Of a stretch of 64,000 nucleotides of DNA, positions 51,190-63,176 are shown in pieces. The stretch comes from an uncultured delta proteobacterium (GTDB lineage: Bacteria > Myxococcota > Kuafuiibacteriia > Kuafuiibacteriales > Kuafuiibacteriaceae): NCBI GenBank assembly GCA_963803435.1, contig CAWDML010000003.1:928001-992000 (forward strand). The letters are read 5' to 3'. The translations under genes were made by a program, and so were the position numbers. The notes under the pieces are model-generated. The model did no database searches. It saw only the letters and a program-made list of their open reading frames with translations, and was not told the origin of the DNA. Each line of letters opens with the position of its first letter. The first letter of the stretch is position 1.

Positions 51190-54100
51190 ATGCACGCTCG
51201 CTCGCTACTCTCCCTCTTCTCCCTCCTCGTTCCGCTCGCGGCTTGCGGCGGCGGCGGCGATGACTCGACGAACAAAGTCGCGCCCAACGTCGAGCTCTTC
51301 GAGGCCAGCCCGGCCTCCGTCGACGCCGGCCAAAGCACGACGCTTCGCTACAAGGTGACCGAAGCCGCCACCGTGCGGATCGATGTCATGGGCGGAGACA
51401 ACGTGCTCCCAAGCAGCTCGATGGTCGAGGGCCAAATCGCGACCCCGACGCTGGAAGAGACGACCACGTTCGTCCTCACCGCCACCGGGTTCACGGGCAA
51501 GAACGCGACCGCGTCGCTGACGGTGCTCGTCAACAAGGAGGGCGGACCCCAGATCACGATGTTCTCCGCCGACCCGACCTCTGTCGCCGCCGGCAGCAAC
51601 ACCACGCTGTCGTGGACGATCGAGGGCGCCGACACCGGACGCATCGAGGTGGCAGGCACCACGCTCTTCACCATCCCCTCCACCACGCTGGCGAGCGGCA
51701 CGTTCGAGCACATGCCGGCCCAGACCACCGTGTACACGCTGGTGGCCGTGAGCGCGGCGGGCGTGGAGTCCACCGCGAACGTCACGGTGACTGTCACGGG
51801 CACCACGCCGAACATTCGCTCGTTCCGCGCCACTCCGCCGACGATCGATCCCGGGATGAGCTCCGATCTCTCGTGGGAGGTCGCCGACGCCACCCAGGTC
51901 ACGATCGCAGACGACGCAGGCAACACCGTCTATTCGGGGACCGACCTCACGGGGAACACGACCGTGACCCCGACCGCCACCACGCGCTACACGCTCACCG
52001 CCAGCGACGGGACCAACCAGGCCACCCAGAACGTGGTGGTCAGCGTGAATGTGCCGGCGGGTGCCATGATCGTCAGCTTCGCCGCGAACCCGGCCAGCAT
52101 CCTCACCGGTCAGCCGACGATGCTCGAGTGGCAGGTCACCAACGCCCCCGGCGGCATCGAGATCTCCGCCAACGGCGCGCCGGTGACCACCTCCACCGAG
52201 GCGACCGGCTCGTATGGGATCATGCCGCTCACCACCACCACCTACGACCTGGTCGCGATGAACCCGGCCGGCAACGCGATGCGCAGCACCACCGTGACGG
52301 TGACGCCTCCGACCGGACCCACGATCCTGACGTTCGCGGCCAACCCCAACCCCGTCGCGGCGGGCGGCATGACGACGCTCTCGTGGACCACGCTCGCGTC
52401 CACCCAGGTGCGCGTCCTCCAGGGCGGTACCGAGCTCTTCAACACCACCACCAACGTCGCGCAAGGCACCTTTCAGGTCTCGCCCGCGGTCAACACCACG
52501 TACGTCCTGGAGGCGAGCGATGGTACGCAGAGCAGCACGGCCCGGGCGTATGTCTTCGCGCACCCGGCGCCCACCATCAACGCGTTCACCGTGACGCCCA
52601 CGCAGATCAGCGGCTCCACGCCGGTGACGGTGGCCTGGGACGTCAGCAACTATGCGCAGCTCATGCTGACCCAGGACGGCGCCCCGGTCCCCGGTTTCGC
52701 GGTCCCCACCAGCACCGCCGCCGCGATCAACAACAGCGGCTCGCTGACGGTCACGGTCACCCAGGCGACGCTCTTCCAGCTGACCGCGATCAGCGCCGGC
52801 GGTACCCAAATGCGTCAGGTCCAGGTCGGCGACGGCGTCGTGGGCCAGGAGATGGAGCCGAACGACGACTTCCAGACCGCCAACCCGTTCGACAACGGCG
52901 GCCTCATCAGCGGCGAGATCTCGCCGGCGGGTGAGATCGACATCTTCCGCATCATGGTCCCGCAGGACGGCAACGTGCGCGCCGAGACCAGCGACGGCAT
53001 GGGCGGCTGCGCCACCGACACGGTGATCGGCCTCTTCGACGACGCCGGCAACCTGATCACCGCCGACGACAACAGCGGGACCTCCCCCTGCTCGCTGATC
53101 GATCCGGTCGCCGATCCCACCGCCGGCAACCTTCCGGCCGGCACGTACTATGTGGCGGTCGTCCACGCGGATCAGACCGCGGGCGTCGGGACCTACGTGC
53201 TCAACATCCGCATCGCCGGCCCGATGTGCGGCAACTCGATCGTCGAGACCGTCGAGCAGTGCGACTTCGGCGACCTCAACAACGGCGACGGTTGCAGCTC
53301 CACCTGCCAGCTCGAGATCAATCCGACGGTCATCAGCGGCACCGGCGGCAACGTGACCGTGAACCTCACGGGGCCCACCAGCATCGCGATCATCCAGGTC
53401 GACGTCCAGGAAGGACAGGCCATCTCGGCGATCGCGGCCGACGTGGGCGGCACGACCTGCAACTCGGTCGACACGGCGCTGAACCTCGGCGACTCCAACT
53501 TCCTCCTGCTCGGCGGCAAGCAGGACGGTGGCCCGGTCGGCACCGCGGGCAACTGCGCCTCGATCGACTATCCCGCGGACGCGTTCGGCGCGGACCTCGC
53601 GGCCGGCAGCTACTACCTGGTGGTGTTCAACGAGGGGACCACGAACGGCCAGGTGCAGGTCTCGGTGACCATCCAGAACGCCGTGTGCGGCAACGGGCTG
53701 GTCGAGAGCCGGACCGAGCAGTGCGACGACGGCAACCTCACGCCCGGCGATCTCTGCGACGCCACCTGCAACGTGGAGGTGACCTCGACGATCTCGCTGC
53801 CCAACGCGAACCCGGTGAGCGTGACGGGTGCGCTGACGACGGCGCCCTTCGCCAACCTGATCCAGATCAACGTCACCGCCGACACCTACGTGCGGGTGGA
53901 GACGTTTGCGCCGAACCAGGCCGGCGGGTGCGACAACGACGACACCGTGATCGATCTCTATGACGGCGCCTTCAACTTCCTCGGCGGGGACGACGAGGGC
54001 GGGATCAACAGTTGCTCGGCCTTCAACGAGTTCGCCCCCTGGACGCGGCTCTCGGTCGGCACCTACTACCTGACGATCTACGATTACCTCCAGGACACGC

Positions 54101-54591
54101 CCATCCCGGCGTACGAGGTGGTCTTCACCAGCGTCTCACCCGGCGCCAACCCGCCGACGATCGAGGTCGAGGCCAACGACACGCAGGCCACGGCCAACCC
54201 GACCGGCCTCACCGGCGCGGGCACCCGCACCGTGCACGGGCAGATCGACCCCACCGGAGACGACGACGTCTATTCGTTCGTGGTGCCCGCGGGACAGACG
54301 GTGATGGTGAGCGCGCGGACCTACGACGCCCTCGGCCAGCCGGCGGCCTGCACGCCGACCACCGACCTCAACGACACGCGGCTCTTCCTCGAGACCGAGG
54401 GCGTGGAGGCGACGGCGGAGGGCACGGGCGAGCTCGCGTTCAACGACGACATCTCCGCGACGCAGTGGTGCTCCGCGATCCCGCCGACGGCCGTCACCGC
54501 CGGCGCCCAGGACGCGACGTTCTACGTCCGCGTCCAGGGCTACAACGACGCGGATACGCGCTACTACTTCATGGATATCACCGTGCAGTAA
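51190..54591 (+). CDS. Large surface lipoprotein: six Ig-like repeats, PPC-like domains and two myxobacterial Cys-rich repeats
   Basis: Lipobox LAAC; six P.I..F.A.P..V..G..T.LSW units; E.EPND motifs; CGN..VE..EQCD.G....GD.C...C x2. Confidence 0.85.
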   Translation: MHARSLLSLFSLLVPLAACGGGGDDSTNKVAPNVELFEASPASVDAGQSTTLRYKVTEAATVRIDVMGGDNVLPSSSMVEGQIATPTLEETTTFVLTATGFTGKNATASLTVLVNKEGGPQITMFSADPTSVAAGSNTTLSWTIEGADTGRIEVAGTTLFTIPSTTLASGTFEHMPAQTTVYTLVAVSAAGVESTANVTVTVTGTTPNIRSFRATPPTIDPGMSSDLSWEVADATQVTIADDAGNTVYSGTDLTGNTTVTPTATTRYTLTASDGTNQATQNVVVSVNVPAGAMIVSFAANPASILTGQPTMLEWQVTNAPGGIEISANGAPVTTSTEATGSYGIMPLTTTTYDLVAMNPAGNAMRSTTVTVTPPTGPTILTFAANPNPVAAGGMTTLSWTTLASTQVRVLQGGTELFNTTTNVAQGTFQVSPAVNTTYVLEASDGTQSSTARAYVFAHPAPTINAFTVTPTQISGSTPVTVAWDVSNYAQLMLTQDGAPVPGFAVPTSTAAAINNSGSLTVTVTQATLFQLTAISAGGTQMRQVQVGDGVVGQEMEPNDDFQTANPFDNGGLISGEISPAGEIDIFRIMVPQDGNVRAETSDGMGGCATDTVIGLFDDAGNLITADDNSGTSPCSLIDPVADPTAGNLPAGTYYVAVVHADQTAGVGTYVLNIRIAGPMCGNSIVETVEQCDFGDLNNGDGCSSTCQLEINPTVISGTGGNVTVNLTGPTSIAIIQVDVQEGQAISAIAADVGGTTCNSVDTALNLGDSNFLLLGGKQDGGPVGTAGNCASIDYPADAFGADLAAGSYYLVVFNEGTTNGQVQVSVTIQNAVCGNGLVESRTEQCDDGNLTPGDLCDATCNVEVTSTISLPNANPVSVTGALTTAPFANLIQINVTADTYVRVETFAPNQAGGCDNDDTVIDLYDGAFNFLGGDDEGGINSCSAFNEFAPWTRLSVGTYYLTIYDYLQDTPIPAYEVVFTSVSPGANPPTIEVEANDTQATANPTGLTGAGTRTVHGQIDPTGDDDVYSFVVPAGQTVMVSARTYDALGQPAACTPTTDLNDTRLFLETEGVEATAEGTGELAFNDDISATQWCSAIPPTAVTAGAQDATFYVRVQGYNDADTRYYFMDITVQ

Positions 54592-54609
54592 CGCCGCCCC
54601 TCCCGGCGC

Positions 54610-55980
<1,371 letters not shown>

Positions 55981-56175
55981 TAGAATTCTCCAACACTTAT
56001 CAGTCGCGAGGTCAATTCACCACGTTTCGGATACGTGTAAATACTCGCAACGCTCGGTCTTCAAGGGATTCTTCCCCTTTAGCCGGGTGAGCTTACCACG
56101 CATTATCGCGGTATCAACACCCCGTTACCGGCCCGGCCTACGGGCTTTTTCGAGGGGATTTCAGCTGGGGAAGAG

Positions 56176-56192
56176 TTGGCAAAGCGCTTGCT
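56176..56192 (+). promoter_or_regulatory. Sigma-54 promoter with no downstream ORF
   Basis: TTGGCAAAGCGCTTGCT (TGGCA-N6-TTGCT); predicted start about 56203. Confidence 0.72.
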
Positions 56193-56202
56193 CACACCCG
56201 GC

Positions 56203-56341
56203 CGGTCAGCGATGCAGCTCCAAAGGGTGTTCCCCCCATCCCTGCGGTGCTGAATCGATGGCGCGGAAACCGGGTGGGGACAAGCATCAGCGTCACAGGA
56301 GCCCCCCTACCTGTCACGTCTGGTGCTTGTCCTTGCTTTTT
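56203..56341 (+). ncRNA. Candidate sigma-54-dependent sRNA with two C-rich-loop hairpins (Pxr-like architecture)
   Basis: Hairpin 1 at 56206-56253 (loop UUCCCCC); hairpin 2 at 56278-56332 (C-rich loop) followed by a T-run; G-U wobbles favour the plus strand. Confidence 0.62.
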
Positions 56342-56985
56342 GTCACCGCCCGCATGACCGCCCCCAGCTCCCCCGGTTGGCGGGCGAAGACGTCGCACCT
56401 GGAAGCCTGCAACCCCGCTGGATCGAAGCCCCACAGCGCCCCGACGACCTCGAGGCCCGCCCGGCGGCCGGTCTCCACGTCGATGGGCATGTCGCCGACG
56501 TAGGCGAGGGGTGCCGGGGCCTCGGCCCGCGACAGGGCAAGGCGGACCACCGCCGGATCGGGCTTGCCGTGCGCGACCTCATCGGCGGAGGCGAACGCTG
56601 CGATCCCGAGCTGATCCAGCTCGAGACGCCGGACGATCTCGGCCGTGAACACGCGCGGCTTGTTGGTTGCCACGACCAGCGTGAACCCGGCGCGCGAAAG
56701 CTCGGCGAGCGACTCCAGGATGCCGTCGTAGCAGCGCGTGCTCTCCGTGAGACGCGCCTGGTAGGCCTCCTTGAAACGCGCCCGCGCCGCGTCGTACCGA
56801 TCCGCCGTCGCCTCCCCGAGCGCGCGCGACAGCAGCTTGGAGACGCCGCCGCCGATCATCGTCTTCACTCCCTCGGGATCGTGCGTCGGGAGATCGAGGC
56901 TTTCGAGGACGTCGTTGAGCGCACGGGCGATGTCCCGGTACGAGTCGATCAGCGTACCGTCGAGATCGAAGACGATCGTGCTCAC
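56314..56985 (-). CDS. HAD hydrolase (phosphoglycolate phosphatase-like)
   Basis: VFDLDGTLIDS, VATNKP, KPDP and YVGDMPID motifs. Confidence 0.9.
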   Translation of the reverse strand: MSTIVFDLDGTLIDSYRDIARALNDVLESLDLPTHDPEGVKTMIGGGVSKLLSRALGEATADRYDAARARFKEAYQARLTESTRCYDGILESLAELSRAGFTLVVATNKPRVFTAEIVRRLELDQLGIAAFASADEVAHGKPDPAVVRLALSRAEAPAPLAYVGDMPIDVETGRRAGLEVVGALWGFDPAGLQASRCDVFARQPGELGAVMRAVTKSKDKHQT

Positions 56986-57809
56986 AGGTTGACGTCGCCG
57001 ACGGCGAGGATCCGAACCGCCCCCGAGCCGGCGAGCTCGGGAGAGCCGATGAACGTCGACGGCAGCACCTCGCCGGACTCGATCGCGACCAGCACCACGG
57101 CATAGACGCCGTCGACCGCGAAGGCGTCGGCCGGGACCGTGATCTTGACCGGCGGATCACCGGCGATCAGCTGCAGCGTCTCGAGCGCGGTCTTGGGGCG
57201 GTTGTCGAAGACCTGCACGGGATGCTCGGGATCGTTCTTTTGGGCCCGGAACACCGTCACGTAGCCGTAGCGACCGAACTGCGGCTGCCAGCTCACGTCC
57301 AGCGCCGTGCTCTTCGGGTGGCGCTGCACGTCGGGGAAGCCGGGGACCGACTCGGTGGGGGTCGGTGCCAGCTGGATTGCGGCGGCGCTCAGCTCCGTCG
57401 GCGGGGTGACCGAGCCCCCATAGTCGGCCGAGTCCTGTCCGATGTGCGCGACGAACGTGTACGGTCGGGTCGAATAGACGAGCGCCTGATCTTCGGTCGA
57501 GCTCGCGAGGTAGAGACCGCGCTCCGACTGCTCGGCCAGCACCACCCGGTTGCCGTCGAACGCGAGCGTCACATCTGCACCGCTGATCGGTGCCGGCTCT
57601 TCGGTCGAGGTTCCGCTGGCGCGCATCCCCAACCAGACCGTGGCAACCGTTTCACCCGGCACCGAGTACTGGCCCGCCAGCTCGATCGCCGGCCCCTTCA
57701 CCACCAGACCCGCGACGACCACGCGGGCCGTCGCCGACTCGAGGAAGCCGCAGCCGCCGAGTCCGGGAAGGAGGAGGACGAGGAGGGCGTCGAGCCCGGA
57801 TCGGCACAT
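56982..57809 (-). CDS. Hypothetical lipoprotein
   Basis: Hydrophobic signal ending LGGC; 4-nt overlap with the HAD gene. Confidence 0.7.
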   Translation of the reverse strand: MCRSGLDALLVLLLPGLGGCGFLESATARVVVAGLVVKGPAIELAGQYSVPGETVATVWLGMRASGTSTEEPAPISGADVTLAFDGNRVVLAEQSERGLYLASSTEDQALVYSTRPYTFVAHIGQDSADYGGSVTPPTELSAAAIQLAPTPTESVPGFPDVQRHPKSTALDVSWQPQFGRYGYVTVFRAQKNDPEHPVQVFDNRPKTALETLQLIAGDPPVKITVPADAFAVDGVYAVVLVAIESGEVLPSTFIGSPELAGSGAVRILAVGDVNL

Positions 57810-57864
57810 GCTCCGATCGTACACCGGCTTTGACTCGCTCATGCCCATGAGGAAAGGTCGGGCG

Positions 57865-58680
57865 GTGCCGGGGCTGCCCTTCGCCAAGTACCAGGGTCTG
57901 GGAAACGACTTCGTGATCCTCGACGGGCGCACGTCCGGCCTCCCCACGCCTGCCCTGGCGCGGCGTCTGTGCGATCGGCGGCGGGGCATCGGTGCAGACG
58001 GTGTGCTCACCCTGCTCCCGCCTGCGCATGCGGGCGCCGAGGTTCGCATGCACATCTACAACGCGGACGGCTCTGTCGCGGAGATGTGCGGAAACGGCCT
58101 CCGCTGCGTCGTGCGTCACCTCGCGAGAGACGCGCGGATCGCGGTCGATACCCAGGCGGGGCGTCTTCACGGTCAGGTCGAAGGGCGATCGGTTCGTGTC
58201 GAGCTCGGTGTGGCACGCCTGCTCGATCCGTCCGTCCCGGTCGAGGTCGACGGAGCTCCGTCGAGCGCCACCAGCGTCTCGATGGGCAACCCGCACCTGG
58301 TGCTCGCGGCGTTTGCCCCCGAGGTGGATCTGCTCGCGCTGGCCCGGACGCACGGACCCCGGCTCGAGCGTCACCCTCGTTTCCCTCAGCGCGTGAACGT
58401 CGAGCTCCTCAAGCCGCGGCCCGACGGCGGGCTCGACCTGGTCGTCTTCGAGCGCGGCGCCGGGATCACCGAAGCCTGCGGGACCGGCGCCGGCGCAGCC
58501 GTGTTCGCCAGCCTACTCCGAGGGACGGTGTCCGGCTCGCCGGTGACCGTTCACCTTCCCGGGGGCGCGCTCGACGTGTTCGTCGACGGGCCGCGGATTG
58601 AGATCCGCGGCCCGGCCGAGCATGTGTTCGACGGGACCGTGGAGGTCGCCGCCGGCGAGCTCGCGGCGGAGATCGCGTGA
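57865..58680 (+). CDS. dapF: Diaminopimelate epimerase
   Basis: KYQGLGNDF, GIGADG, NADGSVAEMCGNGLRC, MGNPH and ERGAGITEACGTGA motifs. Confidence 0.96.
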   Translation: MPGLPFAKYQGLGNDFVILDGRTSGLPTPALARRLCDRRRGIGADGVLTLLPPAHAGAEVRMHIYNADGSVAEMCGNGLRCVVRHLARDARIAVDTQAGRLHGQVEGRSVRVELGVARLLDPSVPVEVDGAPSSATSVSMGNPHLVLAAFAPEVDLLALARTHGPRLERHPRFPQRVNVELLKPRPDGGLDLVVFERGAGITEACGTGAGAAVFASLLRGTVSGSPVTVHLPGGALDVFVDGPRIEIRGPAEHVFDGTVEVAAGELAAEIA

Positions 58681-59180
58681 GAGAGAAGCGCGTCGCCTGG
58701 TTGCTCCTCGCCGCGCTGATCCTGTTCCTCGCCGTGCTGGGCGTGTCCCGTTTGGCCGACTTCGGCGTGCTTCCCGGCGAGCCGTTCGGCGCCGGCGACG
58801 TGGAGCGCAACAAGGTGCGGCTCGACCTGGCGGTGCGCACGCCGGACGGTGAGGTGCAGCCGATCGGGCGCGTCCTGGTGCTCTCACGGCAGGACCGGCT
58901 CGAGCTGACCTACGGCCCGACGCGCTACCCGTACCTGTGGGTGGTCGCGATCGATCCGAAGGGTCGTGCCGAGCCGCTGGTGAAGGGCGCCCTCACGAGA
59001 GCGCAGGGCGAGACGCTCCACCTCGACCCGCCGGAGGAGAGCTTCGTCCTCCTCTGCCTCTTCTCGGCGGTGCCGCGCACCATCGAGCAGATCCAGGACT
59101 CGCTGGATCGCGACGTCCGGCTGCCGGGGCTCCGCTTTGCGTGGGTCATCGACGTCGAGGCGAGCGATCGCTCGGGATGA
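58677..59180 (+). CDS. Membrane-anchored hypothetical protein
   Basis: N-terminal TM; GTGA overlap with dapF. Confidence 0.6.
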   Translation: MREKRVAWLLLAALILFLAVLGVSRLADFGVLPGEPFGAGDVERNKVRLDLAVRTPDGEVQPIGRVLVLSRQDRLELTYGPTRYPYLWVVAIDPKGRAEPLVKGALTRAQGETLHLDPPEESFVLLCLFSAVPRTIEQIQDSLDRDVRLPGLRFAWVIDVEASDRSG

Positions 59181-59189
59181 GCGCGGACC

Positions 59190-60650
<1,461 letters not shown>

Positions 60651-60813
60651 CTAAACGTCTTGGCCGGACCCGTCAACCCTTCTGGAGGATGGCGGGAATG
60701 TAGGGTTCGGTGTATGGTTCCTCCAGAAAGATAGGCGGCGCCGTGAAACGGGCGGGTCGTAAGATCCTCAAACCACCCGGTTTCACAGAGCGGACGCCCT
60801 GAAAATTTACCTC

Positions 60814-62803
60814 ATGACAACTCGAATGCTCATCAACGCGACCGCGGCGAACGAGCTGCGGATCGCGATTGTCGAAGACGGTGAGCTTGTCGAACTGGAC
60901 ATCGAGGCGGCGGAACAAAGCAGCATTCGCTACAACATCTACAAGGGTGTGGTCCACAACGTGGAAGGCTCCCTCGAAGCTGCGTTCATCGACATCGGAT
61001 CTCACAAGCAGGGCTTCCTGCCCTTCTCCGAGGTCTCGCCGTCTCAATACTTCCGGAAAGCGAACTCCGATCAATCGCCGCGGATCACGGACGTGCTCCG
61101 CCGCGGTCAGGACATCATCGTTCAGGTGGCCAAAGACGCCGTCGGCGAAAAGGGCGCCACCCTGACCACGTTCCTGTCGATCCCCGGACGCTACTCGGTT
61201 CTGATGCCGGGCAGCGAGGCGAACGGGATCTCTCGGAAGATCGAGGACGACAAGATGCGGAAACGGATCCGCGCCATGGCGTCCAAGCTCGACAAGCCAG
61301 AAGGCTGTGGATTCATCATCCGGACCGCGGGGCTGGGACAGACCCGCGCCGCGATCCAGCGCGATCTGAACCAGGTCGCGGAGATCTGGGACAAGGTTCG
61401 AAAAGCCTCGGAGATCGCACGGGCGCCGTCGGTGCTCTACACCGAGCCTGACCTGGTGGCGCGGACGCTCCGCGACTACTACACGGAGGAGATCGACGAG
61501 GTCTGGATCGACACCCGGGAGGAGTACGACGCCGCCAAGGCGTACTTCGAGGACCTGATGCCGGCGGTCGCCGAGCGGGTCCAGCTCTACGAGAACCCGA
61601 TCCCGATCTTCGCGTATCACCACGTCGAGGAGCAGATCGAGGCGACGTTCCACCGTCGCGTGCCGCTGCCGAGCGGCGGTTCGATCGTGATCGATGAGAC
61701 CGAGGCCCTGGTCGCCATCGACGTCAACTCTGGGAAGATGACGTCGGAGCGCGACCACGAGGAGACGGTCTTCAAGACGAACTGCGAGGCCGCCGAAGAG
61801 GCCGCGCGCCAGCTCAAGCTGCGCGACCTGGGCGGGATCGTGGTGGTCGACTTCATCGACATGGAGCTCTCGAAGAACAAGCGAGAGGTCGAGACCGCGA
61901 TGAGCGAGGCCGCCGCGCAAGACAAGGCGCGATACAAGAATCTCGCGCATCAACTCGAAGGGCCTCCTGGTGCTGACCCGGCAGCGGATCCGACAGGGGA
62001 TGCGGAAGGCCTTCCAGCAGCGCTGCGAGGTCTGCGATGGCACCGGCTGGCGCCGGACCGCCGAGTCGCACTCGCTGTCGCTGGTGCGGCGGGTCGAGAC
62101 CCGGCTCGCGCAGGGCGGCGTCGGCGAGGTCCGGGTGGTGACCCACCGGGACTCCGCCGAGTATCTGGTGAACCAGCGCAGGAGCGAGCTGGCCGCGCTC
62201 GAGCGCCAGTATCAGTGCCGGATCGTCATCAAGGCGCGACCGGAGATGGACCGCGGGACCGACGAGGTCAGCTACCTGTCTCACGGTGAGATGCTCGCCG
62301 AGATCACGGACAAGCTCCCGCCGCGGGAGGACCGCAGCCAGCGCGCCGGTCGCCGCCGGAAGAAGCGGGCCCAGAAGAAGCGCATGCCCGAAGAGGCGGC
62401 TCAGCTGGAGCCCTCCGAGGACGGCGAGAAGAAGAAGCGCTCGCGCAAGAAGAAGAAGCGGGGGAAGCACTCCGACGAGGGCCGCCCGCAGCAGGGTCAC
62501 GCGCAGGCGCAGGGCCAGGCGCGAGACGGGCAGGCGCGAGATGGGCAGGGCCAGTCCGGCCCGGCCCAGGGCCAGCTGCCGGGGGTGGGGAGCACGACCT
62601 TCACCGGCAAGCCCCCGCCCGAGGTGATGGAGCGGCTCAAGGCCGAGCGCCGGGCCCGGATGTCCCGGCGGGACCCCATGGCTGCCTCCTCCGACCTCCC
62701 GGCGGCGTCCAACGAGGGGGCCCGGCCGGCCGCCGAGGCGGTGTCGGACGAGCCAAGCCCCGAGCGCCGCTCGATCTTCGATCGCCTGTTCGGGTCGCGC
62801 TGA
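60814..62803 (+). CDS. rne: Ribonuclease E/G family (one +1 frameshift near 61939)
   Basis: NIYKG, AAFIDIG, KGA.LTT, IDVNSG, RQLKLRDLGGIVVVDFIDM; shifted frame SRINSKGLLVLTRQR, CEVCDGTG, Arg/Lys-rich tail. Confidence 0.92.
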
Positions 62804-62843
62804 GGTCGCTCAAGATCGGCCGCAGAATGCCGATTTGATCCGC

Positions 62844-63155
62844 GTGAGGCTGAAGGGGATCCGGACATATCTGGCGCGGGAGCTGGAGAGCGCCGAGCGC
62901 ACCGCCGAGCGGGTCAGAGCCCAGCGTTTGGCGATGGCGGCCTCGATCGCGGGGATCCGCGCGGAGCTGGCGATGCTGCAGCACGGCGGACCGCAGGATC
63001 TCACGGACATCACCCGGCACCGCTTGAGCGAGATGGTCGACGCCCTCGAGGCCTTCGATCGGGACGTGGCGGTCCCAGCGGAAGCCCGGCGTCAGACGGC
63101 GCGCCTCCGGGCGAATCGATTCGAGGCGTTCGTCGACCGTGTGATCGCAGCCTGA
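62844..63155 (+). CDS. Hypothetical helical protein
   Basis: Short ORF between co-oriented genes. Confidence 0.55.
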   Translation: MRLKGIRTYLARELESAERTAERVRAQRLAMAASIAGIRAELAMLQHGGPQDLTDITRHRLSEMVDALEAFDRDVAVPAEARRQTARLRANRFEAFVDRVIAA

Positions 63156-63176
63156 CATCCGGCTACACTCCCCCCA

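Noticed and set aside
56195-56341. tRNA, 6S RNA, SRP RNA or a known riboswitch
   Set aside because: No cloverleaf or T-loop, no SRP domain IV motif, no single long 6S-type rod, and no aptamer consensus that I recognise; kept as a candidate sRNA.
60814-62803. rne (and the kinase, regulator and PEGA genes) as pseudogenes or programmed frameshifts
   Set aside because: No slippery heptamers or other decay are visible; single-base insertions near GATC are better explained as sequencing errors.
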